From the IMG/VR virus record IMGVR_UViG_3300037421_000106: DNA of 64,000 nucleotides, one strand, 5' to 3'. This document shows, piece after piece, positions 55,647 through 64,000 of the stretch (position 1 is its first letter; every line of letters starts with the position of its first letter). A model generated the notes under the pieces. It saw nothing but the letters and a program-made list of their open reading frames with translations, searched no databases and had not been told where the DNA came from. Position numbers and translations under genes: made by a program. Source of the DNA: a virus (Duplodnaviria > Heunggongvirae > Uroviricota > Caudoviricetes).

Positions 55647-56177
55647 ATGTTTGATTGGCTGAAGACGATACTGGACGGCCTATGGGGACATCTGCTTCCG
55701 TTCACGGTGATCCACCAATACGAGCGAGGCGGCGTGTTTCGGTTGGGGCTTTACAACAGAACGCTGGAGCCAGGTTTCCATTGGAGATGGCCGTTAGCTG
55801 AGCAGATCGTGACCGAACATACGGTCACGACGACGCTAGCGCTGGAGCCGCAAACGATCACGACGAAGGATAACAAGTCAGTCGTGGTGAGCGGTATTGT
55901 GCGATACCGGATCGTTAATGTTCAATCGTTCGTATGCGAAATCAGCAGTCCGCATGACGTCCTGCGCGATACGAGTATGGGCTCGGTTCTGAAACAGACG
56001 CGACAAATCGAATTGCGCACACTGCTGGACGAACCGCCTGAAAGCAAAATTGCCTCGGACATTCGTCGACAGGTCAAAGAGTTCGGCATCGAAATCGATT
56101 CGTTTACTTTCATCGACATCGGGCAGATCCGCACCTTGCGTCTGATCACTCACACCCACGCGCTTCCGGGGGTATGA
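55647..56177 (+). CDS. SPFH/band-7 (stomatin/HflKC-like) domain protein
   Basis: HQYERGGVFRLG..., EPQTITTKDNKSVVVSGIVRYRIVN pattern of SPFH domain. Confidence 0.5.
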   Translation: MFDWLKTILDGLWGHLLPFTVIHQYERGGVFRLGLYNRTLEPGFHWRWPLAEQIVTEHTVTTTLALEPQTITTKDNKSVVVSGIVRYRIVNVQSFVCEISSPHDVLRDTSMGSVLKQTRQIELRTLLDEPPESKIASDIRRQVKEFGIEIDSFTFIDIGQIRTLRLITHTHALPGV

Positions 56178-56179
56178 CT

Positions 56180-56350
56180 ATGAAGTGGATTCTGTGTTTC
56201 GTCGCAGGCGCATTCGTCGGAGCAGCGTTTGTTGCTCTCGGGGAAAACATAGCAGTCGATGCGGTTGTCGAATGCATCAAACAACCCGACTCATGCGGCA
56301 TCGAGGAAGAAGATTTCGACCCGCAAGAACAGTTGGTTCCCGCTTAATCC
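56180..56350 (+). CDS. Small membrane protein (56 aa), not in ORF track
   Basis: MKWILCFVAGAFVGAAFVALGEN... then acidic tail. Confidence 0.3.
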
Positions 56351-56365
56351 ACCTCAGGAGCAGCA

Positions 56366-56653
56366 ATGGCCGCCAAGCCTTTCAAGAATGCAATGACCCT
56401 CGATGAATTCGGAACGAAGCACGACAGAACCGTTTTCATTCCGGCGCGCATCACGCAGACGTTGAAGATGCTCGGTGATGCAGGAATGTATGACATGGAT
56501 TTCCTTCGCGAAGCCAAGGTTTCGACGAATGATATCGGACCTTTCCGAGAACAATTTGAAGGTCACACGGTCATTGTCCGCGAGAACGGCAAATCCAAGA
56601 TCGTGTGGTTTGGAACAATCGCAGCAGCGGCAAAGGCCCGCGACAAGGTGTAA
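56366..56653 (+). CDS. Hypothetical protein
   Basis: 95-aa ORF. Confidence 0.35.
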   Translation: MAAKPFKNAMTLDEFGTKHDRTVFIPARITQTLKMLGDAGMYDMDFLREAKVSTNDIGPFREQFEGHTVIVRENGKSKIVWFGTIAAAAKARDKV

Positions 56654-56655
56654 GC

Positions 56656-58128
56656 ATGAAAACAATAAGCCTCGAAGAATTTGAACGCCGGCACCACCCG
56701 ATGCACGATGAGGGTGAACAGATCCATCAATTCGATCTGGACATCCGCTCGGGGACGAGGTTTATCGTTACTGCAGCCCAGAACGCCACTCCGGTTCATC
56801 CGGAGTGGTGGTCCTGTCTTACCGGCATGGCAAAGGCGAAAGACGCGCAATTAGTCGTCATTCCGTTGCGCTACAAGAATCCGACGAGCCGCTGGACCGG
56901 CAGTCAGCGCAACGACGATTACTGGGTCAGCGCGGTCATGCCATACTTGTTCAACGGCCGGCACGAGTTCAACAAGAACCTCATGCTGCTCGGTGATATC
57001 AAGATCCAGCCGACGGCGACCAGCCCGCTGACAGGATCGGACGCACTATCGTTCGCCTCGTCAGGCATCATCGGTCACACGAAAATGCAGTTGCGCTCGA
57101 TCGCCACTCCTAGCAATCGCATGGCGAAGATCCTGACCACGACGGGCGCCTGCACGGTGGAAAACTACACCGATTCTCGAGCCGGCAAGACCGGCGAATT
57201 CCACCACTCGCTGTCGGCGATCATGGTCGAAGTCGTTGGTTCGAAGTTCTTCCTGCGTCAGCTGCACTTCGACAAGAAAACGAAATCGTGTACGGATATC
57301 GGCATGCAGTACTTCGCCGACGGATCGTTCGGCGTGGCCCCGCGCGCGCTGGCCCTCGTCATGGGTGACACGCACGTCGACTTCGTGGATCCGGGCGTCG
57401 AGCATGCGACCTGGGGCCGCAACGGTATCGTTGAGGTAATTCGGCCCGAGCACGTCGTATGGCACGATACACTCGATGCGTACAGCTGCTCGCCACATCA
57501 CGCCGGGGATCCGTTCATAGCCCGCGCGAAGCAGATGAGTGGTCGGCACAATGTGCGTGCCGAAGTGGAACGTGCGATCCAGTACGTTGCCACACACACC
57601 TCGGATCACTTCAAATCCATCGTGATCGCCAGCAACCACGACGATATGCTGGCCCGATGGGTCAAGCGGCACGATTGGAAGACGGATCCCTCGAACGCCG
57701 AGTTCTACCTGGAGCTCGCGCTGCGCATGCACCGCGGTACCCGGATGACGGATCACGGCACCGAGCATCCGGATCCGTTCGCGATGCTGTTGCGGGAAGC
57801 GAACATCCCGACGCTGCGAGTGCTGGACCTGGACGAGTCGTTTGTGCTCGGCAATGTCGAGCTCAGCATGCACGGCGACAAGGGCCCGAACGGTGCGCGC
57901 GGTTCGATCAAGAACATCCGCAGGCTCGGCATCCGCTCGATTATCGGCCACAGTCACATTTACGGAATTGACGAGGGTTGCTACCAGGGCGGCACATCCT
58001 CGCGGCTGCGCCAGGATTGGAATCATGGCGCGAGCGCGTGGTTGAACGTACATATCCTGTTGAATCACGACGGTAAGCGTCAAGGTTTGGTGATGATCGA
58101 AGGTTTATGGAGAGGTGTGACAAAATAA
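56656..58128 (+). CDS. Calcineurin-like metallophosphoesterase family protein
   Basis: Motifs MGDTHVDF (GDxHxD), IASNHDD (GNHD/E), MHGDKGPNG, IIGHSHI (GHxH); start at MKTISLEEF. Confidence 0.55.
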   Translation: MKTISLEEFERRHHPMHDEGEQIHQFDLDIRSGTRFIVTAAQNATPVHPEWWSCLTGMAKAKDAQLVVIPLRYKNPTSRWTGSQRNDDYWVSAVMPYLFNGRHEFNKNLMLLGDIKIQPTATSPLTGSDALSFASSGIIGHTKMQLRSIATPSNRMAKILTTTGACTVENYTDSRAGKTGEFHHSLSAIMVEVVGSKFFLRQLHFDKKTKSCTDIGMQYFADGSFGVAPRALALVMGDTHVDFVDPGVEHATWGRNGIVEVIRPEHVVWHDTLDAYSCSPHHAGDPFIARAKQMSGRHNVRAEVERAIQYVATHTSDHFKSIVIASNHDDMLARWVKRHDWKTDPSNAEFYLELALRMHRGTRMTDHGTEHPDPFAMLLREANIPTLRVLDLDESFVLGNVELSMHGDKGPNGARGSIKNIRRLGIRSIIGHSHIYGIDEGCYQGGTSSRLRQDWNHGASAWLNVHILLNHDGKRQGLVMIEGLWRGVTK

Positions 58129-58173
58129 GATGGGCTAAAGAATTCTTAAAACAATACGGATATAAGGTTCAGC

Positions 58174-58536
58174 GTGGATAAGGATGAAAAGGCCAAATTC
58201 CATCAGCGCCCGGCATGTTGTACGCCGGAAGCTTGGGAAGATTGGTCGATGCCGGCATACGTAGATCCAGCCAATTCATTTGATTGGATCTGTGGCGACT
58301 GCAACCCGGCATACAAAGCGAAGATGATGGCGCAAGGCAAGTGCGACTGGCCTTGCGTCGAGTTTTTTCTGATGCCGATCATCGACAATGGTCGCGTCAT
58401 TGGCAATGAGATTCAAGGTCGGCGCATGTCGATTCCAAACTATCGAGGGTATCCGGAGGGTCGAAAAATAATTCGCATCGTGGACGCGAAGAAAGGTGTG
58501 TACGATCTCGAACCCGAAAAACCAAAGACACTTTGA
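58174..58536 (+). CDS. Hypothetical Cys-rich protein
   Basis: 120-aa ORF, CC..., CGDC, C..C. Confidence 0.35.
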   Translation: MDKDEKAKFHQRPACCTPEAWEDWSMPAYVDPANSFDWICGDCNPAYKAKMMAQGKCDWPCVEFFLMPIIDNGRVIGNEIQGRRMSIPNYRGYPEGRKIIRIVDAKKGVYDLEPEKPKTL

Positions 58537-58612
58537 TCATGTCTGAAAAGATCTATCAAGGGAAGATATGTATGAAGCATCCTGATCGTTGGTGGCCGGA
58601 TATGGGAGTGTC

Positions 58613-60286
58613 ATGAGACTTCGCCCATATCAAGCCAAACTTGAAAACGATATCTATGCCGCATGGGACCAAGGGTTCCAAAATGTATTGGCAGTGGCCG
58701 CCACTGGTTCGGGTAAAACGGTAATTTTTGCGGATGTCGTACAGCGTCATCGCGGCGCCAGTGTGTCTGTAGCGCACCGTCAAGAGCTCGTGGGTCAAAT
58801 CAGCTTGGCGATTGCCCGCAATGGCGTACGGCATCGTTTAATCGGTCCTACATCGGTTGCAAAGGACTGCATGCAGCTGCATATATTGGAGCTCGGGCGC
58901 AACTACATTGAACCAGGAGCGCCGGCCGCGGTAGCCGGCGTGGATACGCTGATCCGGATGAATCCACGCGATCCTTGGTTCCGGCAAGTTACTCTGGGTG
59001 TACAAGATGAAGCTCATCATCTTTTGAAAGAAAACAAGTGGGGCAAAGCTGCGGCGATGTTCCCCAATGCAAAGTGGCTCGGGGTGACGGCCACGCCAAT
59101 GCGTGCCGACGGGCGCGGGCTCGGACGCAATGCTGAAGGAATTTTCGACACAATGGTTCAGGCGCCGGGCATGCGGGATTTGATTCGCATAGGGTACCTG
59201 ACCGATTACCGAATATTCACCGTCCCATCTGACGTGGATTTGAGAAATGTTCCTATCTCTGCTGGTGGTGATTTCAGTCCAGAGCCACTCCGGAAAGCTG
59301 TCCACCGAAGTCACATTGTCGGGGATGTTGTCCAACACTATCACCGAATCGCGGGTGGAAAACTCGGAGTCACTTTTGCCGTTGACGTCGAATCAGCCAC
59401 GGCCATCAATACCGCCTTCAACGCCTCAGGAGTCAAATCGAAGGTCGTTACTGCTGACACCCCAAACCGAGAGCGCGTTCAAGTTTTGCGAGCGTTCAGG
59501 AGACGTGAACTATTGCAATTGGTGAACGTGGATCTATTCGGCGAAGGATTCGATTTACCGGCGATCGAAGTCGTTAGTTTCGCCCGGCCGACGCATTCGT
59601 TTCCATTATATGCGCAGCAATTCGGTCGCACGCTACGAGTGATGGTCGACGATATCTATTGGCCGTACTGGGACACATATTCCGATTTTGAACGGCTACA
59701 GATTATCGCGGCATCCTCGAAACCGAATGGCATCATCATCGACCACGTGGGGAACGTCGGACGCCATGGTCTGCCCGATCGCGCCCGAGGCTATAGTCTC
59801 GAAGGTCGCGACAAGCGCAGCAAGTCCGTCGCGGTCATCCCCGTGAGCACGTGCGGCAATTGCGGAGCAACCTATGAACGAATCGAGATTCGCTGTCCGT
59901 ACTGCAGTACCTCCCCACTCGTTGTCGGACGTGGTTCCCCAGAGTTGGTTGACGGTGATTTGCATGAGCTCGATGCGGCCACACTGGAGCGTATGCGAGG
60001 CGAGATCGATGCTCCTCCAAATATCTGGTTCGGAGCACCGCCCGCGGTGGTTCAAGGTCTAACCGGCAACTATTGGAAGAAGCATCATGCGCAACAGCCG
60101 CTGCGCGCCGCCATTGCACAGTGGTGCGGTTATCGCACTCAGGATCCAGATCCCGCGAGCGACTCGGTGCGCCGGGCGATGAAAGAATTCTATTTGACAT
60201 TCGGAGTCGATGTGATGAGCGCGCAGGCGTTGCCGGCCAGCGAGGCTACCGATCTGGCAGAACGTATTCAACGGAGCATCTCATGA
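58613..60286 (+). CDS. Superfamily-2 DEAD/DEAH-box helicase
   Basis: Walker A AATGSGKT, motif II VQDEAHH, motif III VTATP, C-terminal Cys4 (CGNCG...CPYC). Confidence 0.7.
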   Translation: MRLRPYQAKLENDIYAAWDQGFQNVLAVAATGSGKTVIFADVVQRHRGASVSVAHRQELVGQISLAIARNGVRHRLIGPTSVAKDCMQLHILELGRNYIEPGAPAAVAGVDTLIRMNPRDPWFRQVTLGVQDEAHHLLKENKWGKAAAMFPNAKWLGVTATPMRADGRGLGRNAEGIFDTMVQAPGMRDLIRIGYLTDYRIFTVPSDVDLRNVPISAGGDFSPEPLRKAVHRSHIVGDVVQHYHRIAGGKLGVTFAVDVESATAINTAFNASGVKSKVVTADTPNRERVQVLRAFRRRELLQLVNVDLFGEGFDLPAIEVVSFARPTHSFPLYAQQFGRTLRVMVDDIYWPYWDTYSDFERLQIIAASSKPNGIIIDHVGNVGRHGLPDRARGYSLEGRDKRSKSVAVIPVSTCGNCGATYERIEIRCPYCSTSPLVVGRGSPELVDGDLHELDAATLERMRGEIDAPPNIWFGAPPAVVQGLTGNYWKKHHAQQPLRAAIAQWCGYRTQDPDPASDSVRRAMKEFYLTFGVDVMSAQALPASEATDLAERIQRSIS

Positions 60287-60606
60287 ACATGGAAGAGTAT
60301 GAATTGACGCTGCTATCCGAAGAGCTTGGCGAGACGATCGATGAATGTCTGCAGGCGCAGAAGCGCATCAGCAAGTTGAAGCGGTTTGGACCCGATGAGG
60401 TTATGCCAGGTCAGCTTGTCGACAATGCCGCTCGATTGCGTAACGAGATACTCGATGTATTGCTCTGCGTGGAAATGCTGACCGAGCGCGGTCTATTCAA
60501 ACGCATTACGCAGCAGGACGTGAATCATGCGTATTTCGAACGCAAAGCCAAGATCGACAGCAATTTGGAGCGCTCGATTGTACAGGGTCGAGTCAATCCC
60601 ACATGA
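60286..60606 (+). CDS. MazG-like nucleotide pyrophosphohydrolase (small)
   Basis: LSEELGETIDE... EEXXE-type metal-binding helix; about 106 aa. Confidence 0.4.
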   Translation, partial: NMEEYELTLLSEELGETIDECLQAQKRISKLKRFGPDEVMPGQLVDNAARLRNEILDVLLCVEMLTERGLFKRITQQDVNHAYFERKAKIDSNLERSIVQGRVNPT

Positions 60607-61067
60607 GTCCATATGACGATTGGGCCGCCCGCTGGCCGCTGGCCGCCGCTGAGCTCCGAGCCATCGCGCTGCCTGCAATCGTGTCCACGGCACCCGCAGG
60701 GGCTGGCGAGGATTACGCGCAGGCCCAGGTGCGTCTAGAGGCCTCGAAGAAGGGCGGCCGCCTGTTCCGGAACAACGTCGGTGCGGCATACCTTACCGAC
60801 GGTACGTTCGTTCGCTTCGGGCTGGCGAACGACAGCCCAGCGGTGAACAAGACCCTGAAGTCGGGCGATCTGATCGGCCCGATGCCGGTGCTGATCACGC
60901 CGGCCCATGTGGGTACAGTGATCGCCCAATTCACCAGCCGCGAGATCAAAAAGCCTGGCTGGAAGTATACCGGTACCGAGCGGGAGAAGGCTCAGCTGAA
61001 TTGGGCGAACATGGTGAACAGCTTGGGCGGTAATGCCGCATTTGCCACGGGACCTGGCAGTCTTTGA
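60603..61067 (+). CDS. VRR-NUC domain nuclease (PD-(D/E)xK)
   Basis: GDLIGPMPV...FTSREIKKPGWKYTGTEREKAQLNWANMVNSLGG matches VRR-NUC D...E.K...Q pattern. Confidence 0.45.
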   Translation: MSPYDDWAARWPLAAAELRAIALPAIVSTAPAGAGEDYAQAQVRLEASKKGGRLFRNNVGAAYLTDGTFVRFGLANDSPAVNKTLKSGDLIGPMPVLITPAHVGTVIAQFTSREIKKPGWKYTGTEREKAQLNWANMVNSLGGNAAFATGPGSL

Positions 61068-61113
61068 CGCTACCGTCAACATGTGATATACTAGTCAGAA
61101 CCGCGGAGTCCCA

Positions 61114-61416
61114 ATGACCAAACGTCTAGAACCGCTCGTTCGTCTCGAACAAATCCTCGATGCCGCCCTTCGCATGAGCCGCTTATACGGTTACCGCGAC
61201 ATGACTCGGAAAGACGTAGCGGGTGCCGCAAAGTGTTCCGAAGCGCTGGTCTCATCATACTTCGGTACCATGGTTCAATTGCGACGGGCCGTCGTCAGAG
61301 CGGCCATTGATCAGAAGGATCTCGCGATCATTGGACAGGCACTAGCGGCAAAAGACAAGCACGCCCAAAAGGCGCCGCTCGATTTACGTGTTGCTGCTCT
61401 AGCTTCGCTCGCATAA
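61114..61416 (+). CDS. Small HTH protein (TetR-like N-terminal DNA-binding motif)
   Basis: YGYRDMTRKDVAGAAKCSEALVSSYFGT resembles TetR HTH. Confidence 0.35.
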   Translation: MTKRLEPLVRLEQILDAALRMSRLYGYRDMTRKDVAGAAKCSEALVSSYFGTMVQLRRAVVRAAIDQKDLAIIGQALAAKDKHAQKAPLDLRVAALASLA

Positions 61417-63893
61417 TGCTTCGTTCGGCACTCTCGCCAGGCGGTGCTCTCGCAGCACTTGCCGCATATCGGCGATTCATCGTATACAAGCTCGTGTGGA
61501 TGCCCGAGAAGGGTAAGTTCGACAAGGTTCCAGTCGACTACAAGTCCGGACACGCGGCGAATGCGCACGATGAAAAAATACAGGTCAATTGGGAAAAGGC
61601 AATTGCCGCTGCTGAGATGCTCGGCAAAGATTTCGGAGTTGGATATGTCTTCGTTGCAGCTGACGGATTCTTTTTCCTTGACATCGATTCGTGCGCTACG
61701 CCCACGGGTTGGTCCGAGCTCGCGCTACGCCTGGTCGGGATGCTGCCCGGCGCAGCAGTGGAGCATTCCGTCAGCGGTAAAGGTCTTCACGTCTTCGGGC
61801 GCGGCACCATCCCTGCGCACGGATGCAAAAATGTCCCATTGCATCTGGAGTTTTATCATGAGGCTCGATTCGTCGCTCTTACCGGCGCGAGCGCCATTGG
61901 AAACGCTGGAGCGGATTGTTCGGTGGGGCTGGCGGCAGTGGTCTCGGAATATTTCCCTCCCGTAGCAGAAACCGCATTTGCCTGGAATGATCTGAACGTC
62001 CCTGTCGATCAGGACGAGGCTCTGATCGCGCGCATGATCTCGTCGCGCTCGGTGTACTCATTCTTCGGTGACAAGGCCGCATTTGCCGACCTGTGGTTCG
62101 CGAAGGAAGATGTGCTTGCCCGGAACTATCCGGATGCCGGAAAGCGCACGTTCGATGCGAGCTCGGTCGACATGGCAATCTGTCAGCACCTGGCATTCTG
62201 GACGCGCAAAGACTGTGCGCGCATGTGGCGCATTCTGTGGAATCCCGAATGTAAGCTGCGCCGGCCGAAATGGTCCGAGCGCCCCGAGTACGTGCGCGAC
62301 ACGATCCTGACCGCCTGCGCGCGTCAGACCGAGGTGCTGAGCGAGCGTATGCAACCGGTGCTGCCAGGATCTTCGCCGCCGGCACAGGCACTTTCTGGCG
62401 TTGCAGAAATCGCAGCCCGAGCCCCCGTGGCGTTGTGCCTAACGACCGATCAGGGCAACGCCGTACGCATATCCAAAGCGTTCGGCACTCGCATCATGTT
62501 CAGCGCGGGAGGCTGGTTCGGGTGGGACAACACGCGTTGGGTGCCCGATATGAACTATGTGTGGGAATGCGCGCAACAGCTGTCTACGCTGGTCCGCGCC
62601 GAGGCTCAGCACTGGCGCGCTCGGGCAGAAGCCATGCGTGCGGCGAATCATCCGGAGGGCGGAATGAAAGAGGATCAGAACGCCGACAACCTGGAGAAGT
62701 ACATCCCGCAGGCAGAGTCCCACGAGAAGAAGAATCTGGCATTGGCTGAACTCTCGAAGCTGTCAGCCATCAACATCGACGAGATCGATTCACACGAATT
62801 CATACTCAACACGCTGTCAGGTCATGTCGATTTGCGTACGGGTGGTCTCAGCCCACATGATTCGTCACGACGCATTACGAAGGTGGTGCCAGTTAAATTT
62901 GACGCAAATGCGACGTGCCCGCAATTTGAAGAGTTCTTGGCGCAGATCATGCTTGAAGATCATCTACCACAGCATCAACGGTTGAAGGTCAAATTCCTGC
63001 AGCGGTGGTTCGGTTATGTTTCTACCGGATCGTGTAAGGAACAAAAATTTGCAGTGCATTTCGGCAACGGATCCAACGGCAAATCCACTTTGATTGATGT
63101 AATTGGTTCGATTTTAGGCACGCAGTATGCATGTGAGGCGGCACCTGACATGCTAACGGGTAAGGGTGAGTCTAAACACCCAACAGATATTGCGGACCTC
63201 CGGGGTAGACGTATGGTCACGAGCTCAGAAAGCAAATTCGACGAACTTTTAAAAGAGGATTTCATCAAGCGAGCTACAGGTGGCGATCGACTAAAAGGTC
63301 GTCTTATGCGCCAAGATTTTTTCGAGTTCAAACCTACGCACAAACTACAACTATTAACCAATCACAAACCTCGCATCATGGGAACTGATTATGCTATTTG
63401 GCGAAGAGTGATGCTTATTCCATATCTCGCTTCATTTGGAACAAAAGAAGAACTCGCAAGGGGACTTGTTACGCGAGTTAAAAATGAAAATCTTTCAGAA
63501 CAATTAAAAGCTGAACGTCAAGGTATATTGAATTGGATTATCGCAGGCGCAGTTGAATGGTTTGCCGGAGGTCTAAATCCGCCCGAAGAGGTTTTAGCAG
63601 CAACCGATGAATATCGTAATGACCAAGATTCCATTGGACAGTTTGTTCGCGATCAGTGTGAACTTGGCCCGGATTTCTGCGTGCCGTTACAAGGCACTAC
63701 CGGGTTTACGGAGTGCTTGTTCCCGAGGTATGTTGTATGGGCCAAAGAGAATGGCATGATGCCGATGGGTTCGCGTAAATTCGAATCTGAGATCAAACGA
63801 TGCGTACCTGCCGCTAGGATTTATCGAGAATCACGAAAGTCCGAAGTTAATGGTAGAACTACTCAATTAATTATGATAAAAGGCATACGTTAA
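61416..63893 (+). CDS. Primase-helicase (prim-pol N-terminal domain + D5/P4-type SF3 helicase C-terminal domain)
   Basis: 825 aa; N-terminal bifunctional primase/polymerase-like region (YVFVAADGFFFLDIDS... LHVFGRGT), C-terminal Walker A GNGSNGKST and P4-primase-like motifs; true start may be at MPEKGKF (~61500). Confidence 0.65.
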   Translation: MLRSALSPGGALAALAAYRRFIVYKLVWMPEKGKFDKVPVDYKSGHAANAHDEKIQVNWEKAIAAAEMLGKDFGVGYVFVAADGFFFLDIDSCATPTGWSELALRLVGMLPGAAVEHSVSGKGLHVFGRGTIPAHGCKNVPLHLEFYHEARFVALTGASAIGNAGADCSVGLAAVVSEYFPPVAETAFAWNDLNVPVDQDEALIARMISSRSVYSFFGDKAAFADLWFAKEDVLARNYPDAGKRTFDASSVDMAICQHLAFWTRKDCARMWRILWNPECKLRRPKWSERPEYVRDTILTACARQTEVLSERMQPVLPGSSPPAQALSGVAEIAARAPVALCLTTDQGNAVRISKAFGTRIMFSAGGWFGWDNTRWVPDMNYVWECAQQLSTLVRAEAQHWRARAEAMRAANHPEGGMKEDQNADNLEKYIPQAESHEKKNLALAELSKLSAINIDEIDSHEFILNTLSGHVDLRTGGLSPHDSSRRITKVVPVKFDANATCPQFEEFLAQIMLEDHLPQHQRLKVKFLQRWFGYVSTGSCKEQKFAVHFGNGSNGKSTLIDVIGSILGTQYACEAAPDMLTGKGESKHPTDIADLRGRRMVTSSESKFDELLKEDFIKRATGGDRLKGRLMRQDFFEFKPTHKLQLLTNHKPRIMGTDYAIWRRVMLIPYLASFGTKEELARGLVTRVKNENLSEQLKAERQGILNWIIAGAVEWFAGGLNPPEEVLAATDEYRNDQDSIGQFVRDQCELGPDFCVPLQGTTGFTECLFPRYVVWAKENGMMPMGSRKFESEIKRCVPAARIYRESRKSEVNGRTTQLIMIKGIR

Positions 63894-63922
63894 TGTCTCG
63901 TAAGATTTCGATTTGAGACGCT

Positions 63923-64000
63923 GATGGCCTGTGAATTCATCTGCGACGGTTGCGGCAAGCGCGCGCCGGGTTGGGCGAATCGCACCGGCGAGTGGTTCAA
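63923..64000 (+). CDS. Partial ORF (runs off window) with CxxC...C zinc-ribbon start
   Basis: MACEFICDGCGKRAPGWANRTGEWF...; truncated by window edge. Confidence 0.2.

Noticed and set aside
57061-58083. 340-aa minus-strand ORF
   Set aside because: Antisense to metallophosphoesterase gene, which has clear catalytic motifs
1-64000. tRNA/rRNA genes or integrase/attachment sites
   Set aside because: No cloverleaf-like conserved tRNA features or tyrosine/serine recombinase motifs seen in intergenic regions or ORFs; cannot be fully excluded without tRNAscan

Overview
The whole 64-kb window reads as GC-rich (about 60% by eye) phage DNA with no obvious host genes, integrase, tRNA or CRISPR. It looks like a complete or near-complete genome of a contractile-tailed (Mu-like tail/baseplate gene order) phage in three blocks. 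(i) 83-2933 (+): DNA polymerase-like gene, a small Cys protein and a TPR protein. (ii) 3008-41106 (-): one long late operon. Reading in the direction of transcription it runs TerS, TerL, a ~9-kb accessory island (ThyX, ClpS, secreted/lipoprotein/outer-membrane proteins, many small membrane proteins, two intrinsic terminators), a portal with a C-terminal extension, Mu-F-like head morphogenesis protein, a degenerate GIY-YIG/NUMOD3 homing-endonuclease remnant, a LamG-domain protein, scaffold/protease, major capsid, head-tail joining proteins, sheath, tube, frameshifted tail chaperone, tape measure (SLT domain), baseplate hub/spike/W/J, LamG and repeat-bearing fibre proteins, tail fibre, secreted protein, and a lysis cassette (putative endolysin, holin, Rz with embedded Rz1). 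(iii) 41559-64000 (+): early/replication block. It holds many small hypothetical proteins, a striking 18-bp tandem-repeat gene encoding about 37 perfect hexapeptide (NARVFG) repeats, an intact GIY-YIG homing endonuclease preceded by a triplicated 23-bp repeat, dCMP deaminase, a nucleoside deoxyribosyltransferase-like protein, a membrane-anchored SLT-LysM transglycosylase plus SPFH protein, a calcineurin-like phosphoesterase, SF2 helicase, MazG-like protein, VRR-NUC nuclease and primase-helicase. A dense array of GCAAATG/CATTTGC half-sites and palindromes sits in the divergent region between the late and early blocks. All functional calls rest on motif recognition by eye and on gene order; no database search was possible. 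Coordinates of starts are approximate where noted.
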